A DNA stretch of 64,000 nucleotides from Raillietiella orientalis (Eukaryota), in the NCBI GenBank assembly GCA_036172245.1, contig JAYWIR010000023.1, positions 1,116,001 through 1,180,000 on the forward strand, read 5' to 3'. The notes under the pieces were generated by a model. It did not search any database. It was not told where the DNA came from and saw only the letters and a program-made list of their open reading frames with translations. Below, piece by piece: positions 39,101 through 51,400 of this stretch (position 1 is its first letter; each line of letters opens with the position of its first letter). The position numbers were made by a program, and so were the translations under genes.

Positions 39101-42100
39101 GCTCAGAGACAGAAGATGCTGGAGACAGAAGATCCTGTCTCCATACGCATGCCTTTGGAAACAACAGTACTAACGTCGAATGCATTTGCGAGACTTTAAC
39201 GACTGGATGAAGATGGATGTTGGATGCATCATTCCTCCGACTATGGAGAATTCCATTCCATTCTATCTCAATTTAGCTGTAGGCCCCTTTGATCTTCTGT
39301 CCTTTCATCCTTCTAAAGAAACCTGTGTCAGGCTAATTTCTTGAAGATGGAAATCAGAGACCTCAGTTACCTATTTTATCCCTTTAGCTGGATCCCCAAG
39401 GCTGGTTCATTCACCTCTTAAATACAAAAATTTCAAAGTGTGTGGTTTTCGATCTTCCAAGGAAGTGATATTTGAATCACAACACCAACTTCCATACCAG
39501 TATCCGGTGAGTTCTGGGGTATGGAATTTAATATCGAGATTCCATACCAAAGATTCGGGATTGCATAAAGATGGAAGGAATTTTCCACTAAATGAGCATC
39601 GCTGGCCTACTGAGTAAGGTTCTTCTCTACTCTTTTTCTGTTTCAAGGTGAACTTGTTTCCATGCTCCAACGGCTCTTACGCGGAGCTTTCAGTCTCCAC
39701 CTTGTCAAGGTATCGTAAAGCATTGCCACAGCTCGTGGCACCGATTTTACGACATCTGCCTTGCATGTGCATTATGGAGACCTTGCGATCCGAGTGCTTT
39801 CAGTTTCAGCATTCCTATTCACTCATTTACAGATTTATGGTGTTTGGTTTTCCCTCTAAAGGTAAAAAAAGGGAAAATTTCCTAACCCACTTGGAAACGC
39901 TGTTTCAAATTGTCCTTCCAGTGTGAAAACTTACATTAACGCACACAGTTAAGCGTGAGGGGAGTGAAAGACTTTGCCTAAATTTTTCGTCTGCTATTTT
40001 CTTCTTCTCCAGCTTTAGCGCACCTATTTTGGGAGGAAAGGAAGGAGGAGTTCTCTTGCTTTTTAATGAGTTTAGCACCTCTCGAGGATGGTTTTCTTTC
40101 TATAAGCTACTCCTCAGAGAGATCTGTTAATCTTTTGGTGCCAGTGGTCTTACAAACGCGAAGAGTATGAAGGAAGATACTCCTATTTGATGCTTAATAC
40201 GCACGCACACGTGCGTGTTTATTAAGTGTGTGTGTGTTACGTGACGTGTGCGTGAAGATCAGCTGAGTTCACCACAGACGGCCCTAAATTCATTTCTTGA
40301 GCACTTACTTCCTCACGATTCCATCAAATCATGGTTTGCAACTGAAATAGTGTATACTTATTGTATACGAATCAACTAGTCATTCATGATTTTTTCCTTC
40401 CAGGGATGACAATCGAAGAGATTCGGAAAGTCTTTAGGACCCTCTGGTTTACTTCTACTTACAAGGGTGAGGAGAGACCAAAAAGTACCGGCTTCAAGCA
40501 CGTTTTCCAAGGAGAAAACCAAGCAAGGAGCGTGCAAGGGTTTCACAATTGGATAAGATTCTATTTAGAGGCAACTCTTGGAAACATCCAACACATCCAA
40601 GTATTACACATTGATACGCTTTCAACGGTAACAATCTCAAGCATTTTCTTCATCTATCTGTGCTTCTGGACCTCGAATTCATGAATATTGAGAAAGATGG
40701 GAGCTCGTTCAAATTGAATTCCTAACAGATTCATAATTAACCCTAAAACTCAGTTCGCCTCTTTTTAACATTCGTATTTAGAAATAAAACTTTTGATTCA
40801 GAATTTTATCGCGACTCATGAGGGCAAATGCAATAACGGGTTCAAAATGTTTCCAGTGTTTCTTGTAAGAATGGAAAGAATAGCTCTCAGATTGCAAGTA
40901 AAGCTTAAAATGACTATTGTGTCGCAGATTGGAATCGATTAGATTCTAATAAAGGAACTGGAAGCATCACTCACTTTATTCGAGCTTTCATAGAAGCCTT
41001 CATTAAAAGAAGGTTGTGTACGCGACTCGTTCGTTCGTTCTTGAATCTTTCGAAGTTTTGAAAAAAAAAATAGCGTTTATCAATGTCAAAAAATAATCTG
41101 TCCATTATACCTGTCCAATAATAAATTACAAAAAAATTACCAGTTATCAAAAAGCAATGTCAAGTGTATCGAAGCAAGTTTGTTTTGCTGCTTTTCTTTC
41201 TGAGAAGGCAATGAAAAAGCCCTTTAACTTAGTCAAAGACCTCAGTTTTCAGGCATTTCGATACATTCTTTGCCATTAGAAACGATTCTATAAATATCCA
41301 ACAGATTGTGGCTTTGAGCAATTCACTTTACCGTTGAGCTTTTTCGCAGGACCAATTTCTCTGGCAAACGCGTTTTCCACACACGGAAACCCTTATTCCT
41401 CCTCCAAACCGAAGCTCTTCGAGCTTCCACTGCTTCGACGGTCGCTCCCCTTTGGCTAGCTCGGGTCTGCGCGGATGCTGCGGAAACCCTAAAAATTCAA
41501 GCTTGTTATTCTACTCGCTCTTTTTTTTTTCTTTTTTTCTATAACCTTCCCCACGTTTGCTCCTGAGACACTTCCCCGATATAAGTAAAATATGTAGTTT
41601 TTCCTTGTAGTTATAATAAAAAATAATCAAGGATTCTCTCGTGAATGGCATATCTTTTATACATTCAACGTGATGTGTTGATGTCCATGAAAACGGTACA
41701 CGTCACATGTCCGTCTCACACACATCCATTCGTACTACCCTGTGATATTTGCTTCGTGTTCTGCCATGCCGGTACGGAATGAAGATGAGATGTTTTCCGG
41801 TAAAAGTATCATGGCATTCCAAAAACGAAAACAGTGTCATTATTCATTCACCGAAATCACCGAAGAAATATAATAGGATATGTAAATGAGGGAATTACTT
41901 ATGCATGCTGTTACTTCTTGACCGTATACTTCTTAATTGTATAATTGCCAGATTTTCCTTTCCTCCCAAGATGACTTTTCCTCAAGAGTATCTGTATTTC
42001 GCTTTTAATATAAAAGGGATTGGGCAATTGAGGGATCATAAGATGAAAGCAACTATCTAGGTGGGGGGGGGGGGAAATACATTCCCACCTTCTAACTAAT

Positions 42101-44122
42101 TCTGTAATGGAATTTCAAAAGAAAAGATATGAACCAGCGAATAAACAACTCTTAAAGCAGTAATTTAAACAAAACAGGAATAGGTTTATAGGTTTTTTTT
42201 TTATTGTTTTTCCGTTAAAAGAATACTTGATACTCAAATACAGAAACCTTTGTGATTACCAAATTAGTTGTCAGATGAGTTTCAATTTATGAAATGCATT
42301 CAGTGCGGTTCCATCGTAATTTTTCTCCAGCAGTTAATTATCTCGAAGCGCTAATAAGGAAGGTATTTTAGCGAAAGTGATAGTTGGGTATTGCTACTGA
42401 GATTTTCTTCATATCAATAAACAACAATTACATTTAGACCCGATACAGTCTTAGATGATGAGATAATTAGATATGATTTGTTAGAACGTGTCAGATACAG
42501 TGTCATTTCATCAGCAACATCGCATCGGTAACCTTCTCGTTGTTTCTTGGCAAACTTTGTGCCTATGTTTTCCTTTAATTGCCACCGATATTTTTTTTTT
42601 CCAAAGGAAAAAGATCAACATGAACCAAAGAAACCCAGATTACAAAAAGCACACTCTTCTAAGGCCAAGAAAAGCATTGGGAAGTCCCGAAACGTAACAA
42701 ATGCAAACGTTGTATGGTAACCGGCATAAAAATTTACTTGGAATCAGACCCTATATTTTGAACGGCTCTACAGTCTATGGAAGACTTTTAAAAACAATGT
42801 CAGCACTATTTAAGCAAGGAGAAAATCTCTCTTCAGGGTTGTGCAGAAATCCCGTAGCATTCCGTCCCACAGAAGTAACGCACATGCCTTTGTCCTAGCA
42901 GCTCCGTGAACTCTCGAGATCACCGTAGAATTAGTGTTATGTACTACTTTTATCCTTTTTTGCACGCACTTGGTAGAACATTACGAAATCGACTTGGTCG
43001 GACGATTTATTGATGAATCGAAAATTGCCGACGTTGTAGCCACGGAAAACACGAACGGGTGTCTGGCAACCCCCTTTCTCTGAACGAACATACTGGGATG
43101 TAGCAGGCGAACCATGACGATTCGCGTTAAGAGTGAAAATGTAGTCAATGTCCGACCTTAAATTGTAAGAAATGAAAACAATTTTTGAAATTTGATTGAT
43201 TCTCGTGTGTTTGGGGCAAGCATTTCTTTGTTTCGAAAAGATCGATTCAAATATCTGCACTAATGAAATCAAAGTGAATAATGAATTGAAAAGGGGTGCC
43301 AACTTTCTAGTCACGTACATCGGCTCGAAACTGGTATGGGTGTTTGCCTAAAATGAAATGAGCTCTAGCCACAGAAAAACCGGTGTAATATTCTAAAAAT
43401 TAATAGGTAGCTAATCCTGAGGCACCACAGTTATTATCGCATGGGGGAATCCAACACGATCATTGCACCGAATGTGAAGTCACTCATCTACAGTATTGCT
43501 CACTGATTCAAATTCCATTCGTTTCGTTGCATGTGCCACTCTAATAAAACACTCTTGAGAGTGCAATCAGTATTTTAAAGAACCATTGATGAAAAGTTGT
43601 ATTGCCAGCAAATTTAAATTCAGCAAATTAGCAGAGTCAACTACCAAACATTTTATTCACAATCATGTTCACTAATTGATACGTAAAGTTGGGAATCCAC
43701 TTTGGAATTCCACATCGGACTCAATCGTTTCAAAATATTCAGCTGCTTGCTGGCAATTTCTACACATTCTTATTTCTAAAATCACGATGAGCTCTTGCAA
43801 CTCCATTCTCCAAAATGAGTAGTTTGGTTTTCATACTGTGGTAACAGAATTCATTGCTTTGCAGACAACGAACAAATACTTCGTTAAGATGAAGTTCCTA
43901 TGGAAATCAATGGAAAAAACGATGTCGAGCATGTTCTTTGGAACCACTCCTGAATATGAGCTGGCCATATACACTCTTTGTGCTTATATTTATCCTGGAC
44001 CAACTTGCAAAGTATCGTGCGGACCTTACGACGTTACCATAAATTCAATAACTGCAATACGCGATGGTTTTGATTTGCTGACCACCTCATATCCTACAGA
44101 AGCCAGGTTAACACGCTCGTAA
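30166..44122 (+). CDS. EndoU: Secreted EndoU/XendoU-family poly(U)-specific endoribonuclease, 4 exons: 30166-30356, 35930-36093, 40404-40627, 43865-44122 (278 aa)
   Basis: All three introns are GT-AG with matching phases (2, 1, 0); spliced length is 837 nt. Motifs: signal peptide MKACALAAVVSLLLLQEKASC, TWVKTFIRLL, IMKRFLVRKG, TLWF, GFKHVFQGE, GFHNWIRFYLE, KTMSSMFFGTTPEYELAIYTLC. Confidence 0.88.
33305..33647 (+). pseudogene. prs: Disabled C-terminal fragment of a bacterial-type ribose-phosphate pyrophosphokinase (Wolbachia/Rickettsiales-like), inside EndoU intron 1
   Basis: Translation: TTIVSPD / frameshift / AVGRARVFAKTLEKKHDKIIVLNKYRE*IEVANKNCIIVDDIVDSGGTSCNAALAFKSHVAESVISCITHDVLSGNAVEKISFSSLDKLVISNI. 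It includes the PRPP-binding motif IIVDDIVDSGGT and an in-frame TAA at 33435-33437. The segment is intronless and AT-rich. Confidence 0.85.
35270..35750 (+). mobile_element. Ty3/gypsy integrase core remnant in EndoU intron 1
   Basis: IHPPTDGQANRSN (His codon at 35631) matches the integrase YHPQTDGQ.ER.N motif; a degenerate SD motif lies upstream. Confidence 0.45.
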
Positions 44123-44542
44123 TAACCAACTACGGAATCATTGAGCAGACTACAAGGTCTTAATCCCTTTAAGAGGAAAATGAAGATTTTGTGCAACTTG
44201 GTTATTTTGGTCATCCATGATTTCAGAAAGATCATGAACTCTTTGATAATTATTTTGCACTATTTTGGATATCTATTTGGGTACGCATCAAAGCTGCTTT
44301 GAAGTAATGAGCCTCAAATGTACAGAAAAATTCCTTATCAACAATCCTACATGAAAGTTCAGAAAATGTACATAGACCCTGCTTTAGTTCTGAATGTTCT
44401 AATTGAGGAAAACATGGGAATAAAAACAATAAAAAAATGCAATATCCATCATGAGGAGGAGGATGTTTATTTCTTTTGAAACTCCACCATGGAATTCAAA
44501 GTACATTTATTTCATGAACATTCTGATTTGTATGTTTAAACT

Positions 44543-45133
44543 TCAGTTTTCTTTTTTGAAAACTTCACGCACTCTGCAATTCAGACCTCTTTTGCATCGA
44601 GCTAATTCAATTGCATAAAACTGGATTCTAGGCACCACAATGGAATTATCTGGTGTATAAGGGAGGTGGCTATCTAATCTTAACAGAGTTCCCATGTTGA
44701 AATCAGGCACAAGCGTACTATAATTCTCACAAAAACTTCTCCATTCCTAATAAACAGAAGCTGTCATATAAGACAAATCAATAATAGTACCTTTTTGGCT
44801 TCCTCATTTTTCAGATCATCTTCATTAAGCACATCCACTTCAAGATTAGGAAAATGTTCGCAAAACTGCTTATAGATCTGACTATCATAAGGGGTCAATT
44901 TGAGAGTAGTGGAATCCACTGAACTTATAATCTGAAAGCAAATAGTCATCATAACTGACTATTTGGCATAAACTAACATCAAAATATGTGTCAGCGTGGT
45001 CACCTGCAGATCTGGCCCATAATTCCTCCACTTGAGACTACAAATGATTGTTTCTCTGGATTAAACATGAATCACAACTTACATCATTAATAAATTCTTC
45101 TGCTGGTCTGGAGAGAAGTGTATTAATATCCAT
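44543..45133 (-). CDS. PBDC1: PBDC1 (polysaccharide biosynthesis domain-containing protein 1), 4 exons: 45133-45083, 45037-44978, 44931-44791, 44746-44543
   Basis: Spliced protein MDINTLLSRPAEEFIND-SQVEELWARSAGDHADTYFD-IISSVDSTTLKLTPYDSQIYKQFCEHFPNL...DDLKNEEAKK-EWRSFCENY...DFNMGTLLRLD...NSIVVPRIQFYAIELARCKRGLN. GT-AG introns of 45, 46 and 44 nt. Confidence 0.9.
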
Positions 45134-45229
45134 GCCTGTACCCTGCTTACAAATAATTTGAGTGAAATTTTGCATAGATGGAGTTGTGGTCATTTATGAA
45201 TGTCAGATTGACTCCCACAGTCAGCATGA

Positions 45230-47605
45230 TTATTTATTACCATATTTGAAAGCACTGTGTGGTCTGAATACCAACTTCCCCGGAAATCTCAAACCTCTTT
45301 GCCTCACTGAGAAGGGCAATAAAGATGGAATGCGCACATTGATGCCTCGAGACTTTGGTGTGTGAACTCTGAAGATGCATGTCAGATCAGGTGCACCAGT
45401 AACTGATATCCATCCTGTCAAATAAATCAATTGACCTAAAGTTAGATATCCTTTCAGACTTTTACCAGCTGAACTGAGCTGTATGTCTGCACAGCTTTGG
45501 AACCAAGAGCTGCATGTTATTTTCACTTCTTTGGGCATTAATCCTGGCCAATCATGTAGGCGTTTGCCAGCCACTGGCACCCTCAGCAAAGATTTTCCAA
45601 GAAAATCTTTATAAAAATCATCAGCAAATTCAGTGTCCAAGATGCTTACTGGAAGTTTACTGGAGCTGAAAATTGTGACACTGACAGAAATAATTTAATG
45701 GAAGAGACAGTAGTGCTCACATAAGGTAGGAAGGTGCCACTGGTCCTTCCAGAACATCGACTCGAGCTAATCCAGCTAAGAAAAGTGACCAACCTTTTCT
45801 TATAATGAAAGAGCGTGGCTGGATGACTTCTTTGGGAATAACTAGCATTAGTTCTTGCACAGTCAACAAATCTAATATTTGCTCCTGATGCAAGGTACCA
45901 GGAGTGTCATAACACCAATGACTTCGTAGAAAAGCTGGATGACTGAGGTCAACAGTTAGCTGTTTGCTTTGAATTTGAGGCAAATGATTCAAATTAATCA
46001 GTGGCAGTTCATCTCTTTGTTCTTGTTTAAATTTGAATGTCTGCCCAACATAACCTGGATTTCACTTAGAAAGTCACTCAACTGAAATGATCCTTTACCA
46101 ATTAATTGCTTGTAACGATTCTCTCTTATGCTTTGCTGCTCATTCAATTCCTTTTCTTTCAAATATTGTTCATAAGATTTTCTTAATCGCATCTTGCGTT
46201 CAACATAACGAATACTGTTCATTCTCAAAATAGGAAACTGGTACAAGTCTCATTAAAAAAATATACAATGCATCTCTTACTTTGAGCAAATTAAGTGTGG
46301 TACCAGGCCATGGGGAAACTGTAGCCCTTTGAAGAATATCTGCTGCCTGACTTTTACACAAATCTGATTGTAGAAACACATTAAACAAGGAAGATTTTCC
46401 AACATTTGTGCAACCCATCAGATATATGTCTCCTGCATTTATATTGGTCAAGTGGTTTTAGTTCTCTAATTTACCTTTGGTTCCCCAATATTTATGAACA
46501 GCACCAATGAGTTCTTCCACACCAAAACCTGTCTTTGCACTCACTAAACATACATGAATAATATTTGCATGCTGGAGATAAGAATTCTTAGCATACTGTA
46601 ACAGATTGGACCGAATGCGTTCAAGCCAACCTTCTGAATCTTGTGGAAGCAAATCTACCTTGTTGCCAACAAGCAAAATAGGTATATCAGTACCTGGAGA
46701 CAAAATTGCTATAACTGTACCCTGACCTTACATTTCTTACCAATAACTTCTGTGAGCTTTGGCCATATACTACAGGGTGTATCTAGGATGTCCACCATTA
46801 ACATGATCAGGGCTTGTTTATCTCGGATACGCGATATCATTTTAGAATAATCATCAGGAGACACTTGCACCGATAAAGTCACATTGTATTCACGAAGAAC
46901 GAAACACCGCTGGCAAATTGTTTGTTTTAACTGAGTCTCATTCAAACGTTGAAATTTTTCATGGGGGATAAACCCTGGTAATCCAGAATCACGGCAGTGT
47001 AGTAAAGCACCGCATCCTCCACAAGGTACTGAGCTCTCAGGAACTGACGGATCAGCTGTGCCATAAGAAATCTCACATAAGTCCCTCTCATAGTCCGTCA
47101 TCATTTCAAGCTTATCAGGAATTTCTACTTCCAACGGAACATCTAGTGGGCTGAAGGAAGAAACTGACACTTTTTTCTTAAGTGACTCAAGAATGTTCAT
47201 CTTGAGGTTTTCTTCATCTGAAGCTACCATTTTCACATCCTGAACAGTTTGAAACGGATATTTCACGGGGACAGAATCGGGGTTTAACTTCGCAAGATTC
47301 TCCTCCTTGCTTTGCTTTATTTGCACGGCCAACATGGACAATGGTGCAGTTGCACTATCACGTATGTGCTGTTTTAAAATCCTCTGTTTCACTTTTTGGG
47401 GGATGCAGTATTTCATTAGATGCTGTTCAAAAACCTTTGAATTGAAACGCAAACGGTAGCATTCTTCAAGATGTTCACGATCCCAGTCACATTCGGCCTC
47501 ATTATTTATTCCATGCGAGTTCCTAAGAGGTAGTGCTAACGTCCTCACCAAAATATTCGGATTAAATATGCGATAAAAAGATTTTGAACGAAGCAAGCAA
47601 GGCAT
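45230..47605 (-). CDS. NOA1: Nitric oxide-associated protein 1 (mitochondrial circularly permuted YqeH-like GTPase), 7 exons: 47605-46741, 46693-46475, 46432-46281, 46237-46099, 46054-45721, 45680-45466, 45414-45230
   Basis: Zn-finger CGGCGA...CQRC; G4 GNKVDLLP and G5 VSAKTG precede G1 GCTNVGKSS, then G2 PGTT and G3 YDTPG; C-terminal [10 protein letters not shown] and SSAGWISVT. Six GT-AG introns of 47, 42, 43, 44, 40 and 51 nt. Confidence 0.93.
45233..45238 (-). promoter_or_regulatory. Candidate AATAAA polyadenylation signal formed by the last two NOA1 codons
   Basis: Minus strand reads GGT AAT AAA TAA (G-N-K-stop). Confidence 0.4.
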
Positions 47606-49169
47606 TTATAAGTTCCCAACAAAACCATGAAAACGTAATATCCCTTTTCTATGTACAAAGCACATGCATCGAGACTCACGGTGATCCAGGATTCCACAAG
47701 GGATCTCAGGCTAATCACAGTACCAAAAATGTGTTCCTTTGCTAGTATGTTCAAATTTTATTGTTCATGGTGTGGAAAATGTCAAAAGATGCAAAAAAAA
47801 AAAAAAAAGTGATATAGTTCATCACAGGCGCAAATTGTCTAAAGCTAACAAATTGCATTTACATGTAATAACAGAGATAAATTTGGAAATACTCTTTGCT
47901 TCTGAGCTATTATTAAAAGAATTTAATTTTGGCTCATATACTTATCTTTCTGGAAAAAATCAGGCAAAAACAGCTAAAAACAAAATTTTACTGTTTAATA
48001 TGTATGTGTTCTTAAGAGAAAGGGCAGTTTGCGATTTCCTTCTTATTGCTCTTTCTCTTGAGAGAAATTATTTTTACTTTGAATTAGAGTTGGTTCAATC
48101 CAAAAACAAGCTGGTTAAGATGGTTGAAAGATTATTATTGTCATCAGCTACTATGTTTTTCTTTAAACTTGCCTATTTTTTTCTGATAGATTGAAACTGT
48201 TTTTTTTGTCTCATTAGGTATCTCTCAATACTTTTTCCATTCTTTTTTAATCTTTCAAAAATATCGAACAATTTGGAACCAAAATAGAATTGAAAAAAAT
48301 CATTAAAAAAAGAGAAGATCGAATGCGAGGGTAAATATCAAAAATCATCATGAATAAACAGTGAAAATACAAAAAGGATTCAAACTGCAAAGAGAAGAGA
48401 CAAATGAATAAGTTACGTAAATAAAGTATGTCATTCAAATATTGAACATTACATGAATGTTGCATTATCAGGACGGAAATAAATAAACGAAGATGCTGAA
48501 CAATTTGCTCTTATTCAATCAAAAACAAACACTGCATATATTTATTGATCATTTATCCTCTTCCAACTTTAATTGACATTTAATTTCTTGTTTATTACAA
48601 TTTCTTATTTCTCTAGAAAAGTAGGGTTTCCAATATGATTTCTTATCGATACATTCAAAACTCCCTTATCTTGTGAAGACAGAAATGAACAAATACTTTC
48701 AAAGTTTTTTGCTGAGGAAAGATGTTTCTCCGTTTATTATTCATTGCTTCATTTTCACAATACTGATTTAGCAAATCTTCTTAAGCCACTCTTCACATGT
48801 TGATCAAAATAACTTTACCGCTATATTCCTTCAGACTTCATTTTCTGTGCAACATGAAAACGGAACGAAGCCAAATCATCAAAAGGAGGACAAAGAAAAA
48901 TTGTTAATCATAGCAATAATGCATTAAATTGCAAAACGGTATTAGTACTGAAAAACGGAATAAAAATCCCTTGAATATAAATGCTAGGTGTGTATTTACG
49001 ACTACAGAATTGTGCACCATCACTGCTCTAAAGAAAGCATCATTTTAATGAATGATGAACGAAGAAATAAGGGTAGAGTTGTTCAGTTATTTATCTGTAA
49101 GTCTTCATAAATGTCATTGTTATCATATATGATATCATATTTTCCAAATAAGTACAGTCTTACACTAAT

Positions 49170-51400
49170 GCTGTTGATCTTCACAGGCAAAGTCTAGTCT
49201 TCTTAGATCTTAATATTTTTATAATTCGACTTATATAATTTATCTCTTAGTGAGGAGCTGTTGAAAATCAATTGATTTTCACGCTAAGATACTTTACGCG
49301 TGTTAAAGTGACCGAGTAACATTACAACGCAGTCCTTTCTGCTCTAAACATCAGGAAATCTCTTTCAATAAAGTCTAAAATTGACCTGGAAAATTTTTGA
49401 AATTCTCAGAATCTTATTAAAACCTATGGGATATCCACATTCAGGAAGTCTCTTTTGGAAAATCACTCGAAACACTGCTAAAAGTTGACAAGAAATCATC
49501 TCAAAAGGCGAATAAATTCTTAATAAGTGGTCCCAAATTTATGAATTAGGGTGTGTAACTATGGACTTTCTAGAAAGAATTAATGAGAACACCAAATCAT
49601 CTGAGAGTACGGAAATATTCTTGATTAAAAACCACAATGAAGAAAATGAATCTAGCAATACGAAGTGAATTATAAGGTCCTATCCTGACAATGTCGAGGT
49701 CAAAATTGTCCAAATCAGCAAAAGATAGCAATTGTAATGCAATGAAATTGATACATCATTTTCTTTTGTCTTTTTTTTTTTTTTTTTTTTCTTCATCTGT
49801 CAAAGATTATCCGAAACAGCGCAGATTTGGTGGGAACTGTTTTCGATAAGACGGTTTCAGTGCTTTCCTATGTAAGGACAATCACTGTTTAAAGCTCTCT
49901 CCAAACAAGGCTACCAGCTGAGTTCCAAACGGCTGAGAAGGAAACCGGAGAAAAAAAGTCTGCCAACTCCTACGGTAATGGTAGTGCTGATAGAAGATGT
50001 AATTTCTAGAGGAAACATTAGTTCGCGAAAGAACTTCGTTGGCGAGTCACTCAGCCACAGTCCAACTTCACTAAAGAGAGAACAACGAACTTTGATATAC
50101 GCTGTCTAGTCTGCAAAAGCTCCTTTCTTATGCGCTTGAACCAAGTCTAACAGAAAGGAATACGCAAATTTGCCTTTTGTTGCCATGGTGAAAGAAGACC
50201 ACATGCTAATTTGAGGCTAATGGAAACTCTAGCAAAACTTCGCTGCACTTGTCTTAAAACTTAGTTCTATCAGACTATCTCTTCGATCAAATGAAAAATA
50301 TCATTCGGACATGAAAGATGCTGATGGGATGAAAACATGGTTCTGACAGACTTCAAAGAACTTTTTATCGAACACAAAGGTTAATAAAAGAATACAAAAC
50401 CTTGTTTAACTACGGTAAAAATTCACAGAGAAAAATGCGTTAAATGTAACTAAGATATGACGGTTCTTAAACCAAAGTTTAGCTCGTTGGGGGTATTTTT
50501 AATAGATAAAAAAAATAAGGGGTTTAAATCTTTTAAGTGATCTGGTATCGCTTTAATGTCGGTTTTCATTCTAAGGAAATCTTGTCACATAGAAAATTTC
50601 CCCCAGAAGAAAAGAATGCAAACGAGCATGGTAGTCGTTTATACACATCCCCAGAATCGAGTTTTCTGAGCATTTAATTTATTTAGTAGTCCCATGCTAG
50701 AGGAAAAATCCGATGCAAGTGTGGAGTATGAAGTCGTCTCGTTTACGGAAACTCTCGGAAGAAACTTGAACGAATGTTTCCGATAGATAAACAGAAAGTA
50801 TATGTACAGTGTAATTCATGCCTCCAAAGAATTGAAGAATGCTACATAGGTTGACATAATTGACATAAAAAAGAAAGAAAGAAAAACTATAGAGAAGTAG
50901 TTTGCAAATGATACGTCTTGAAATATCAGAACAATAACTCCCTAGTTCAAACACAAGAGGTTGATGACAGAAAAAATATCTATTCATACATGCCAATTAC
51001 TTATGTTGCCGATGTTAGCAGACGAAGTTTTTTTTACTTCTCAGGGAGTGTGCATTCACCACAAATACCATATCTCTATCTTGAGTGAAGCAAAAGGAAT
51101 GAACCTGATTGGGATGGGAGCTCAGTATGATATACTCGTAGATTAATGTTCCAATACGCAATAAAGACCAAAAATCTGGTCGAAAAATAGCTGTGGACTT
51201 TTGCAAAATCAGAAATATCAAAACGAAGAAAATGGCAACGATGTGATCTACCTTTTATAGAATGTTCATCTGTGAATCGAACTCAGTACTATACGGAAAA
51301 CAGTGAACACATCTAGCTAAAATGTTTGGCCAACCTTAAAGCATTTTTTCTAATCAAAGCTATAAAATGATTAAATTTTTGGAGGAGAAGATGAGGAACT
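49170..51400 (+). mobile_element. Scattered Penelope-like retroelement remnants (49170-49500 RT thumb-like; 51240-51340 GIY-YIG-like)
   Basis: SLVFLDLNI and PMGYP resemble LPFLDI and NGYP; VIYL / IECSS...QYYTE resembles GIY-YIG VIY.I.C...Y.G. Very degenerate. Confidence 0.25.

Noticed and set aside
40194..40226. Imperfect palindrome cttaatacgcacgcacacgtgcgtgtttattaag
   Set aside because: Short and adjacent to a CA/TG microsatellite-like tract; likely incidental.
30166..44122. EndoU as a viral (nidovirus NendoU) or bacterial toxin gene
   Set aside because: It has spliceosomal introns, a signal peptide and cellular XendoU-type motifs.
47649..47679. 31-nt 5' UTR intron of NOA1 (gtgagt...catag)
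   Set aside because: Shorter than every supported intron here (minimum 40 nt); the donor's partner is unresolved.
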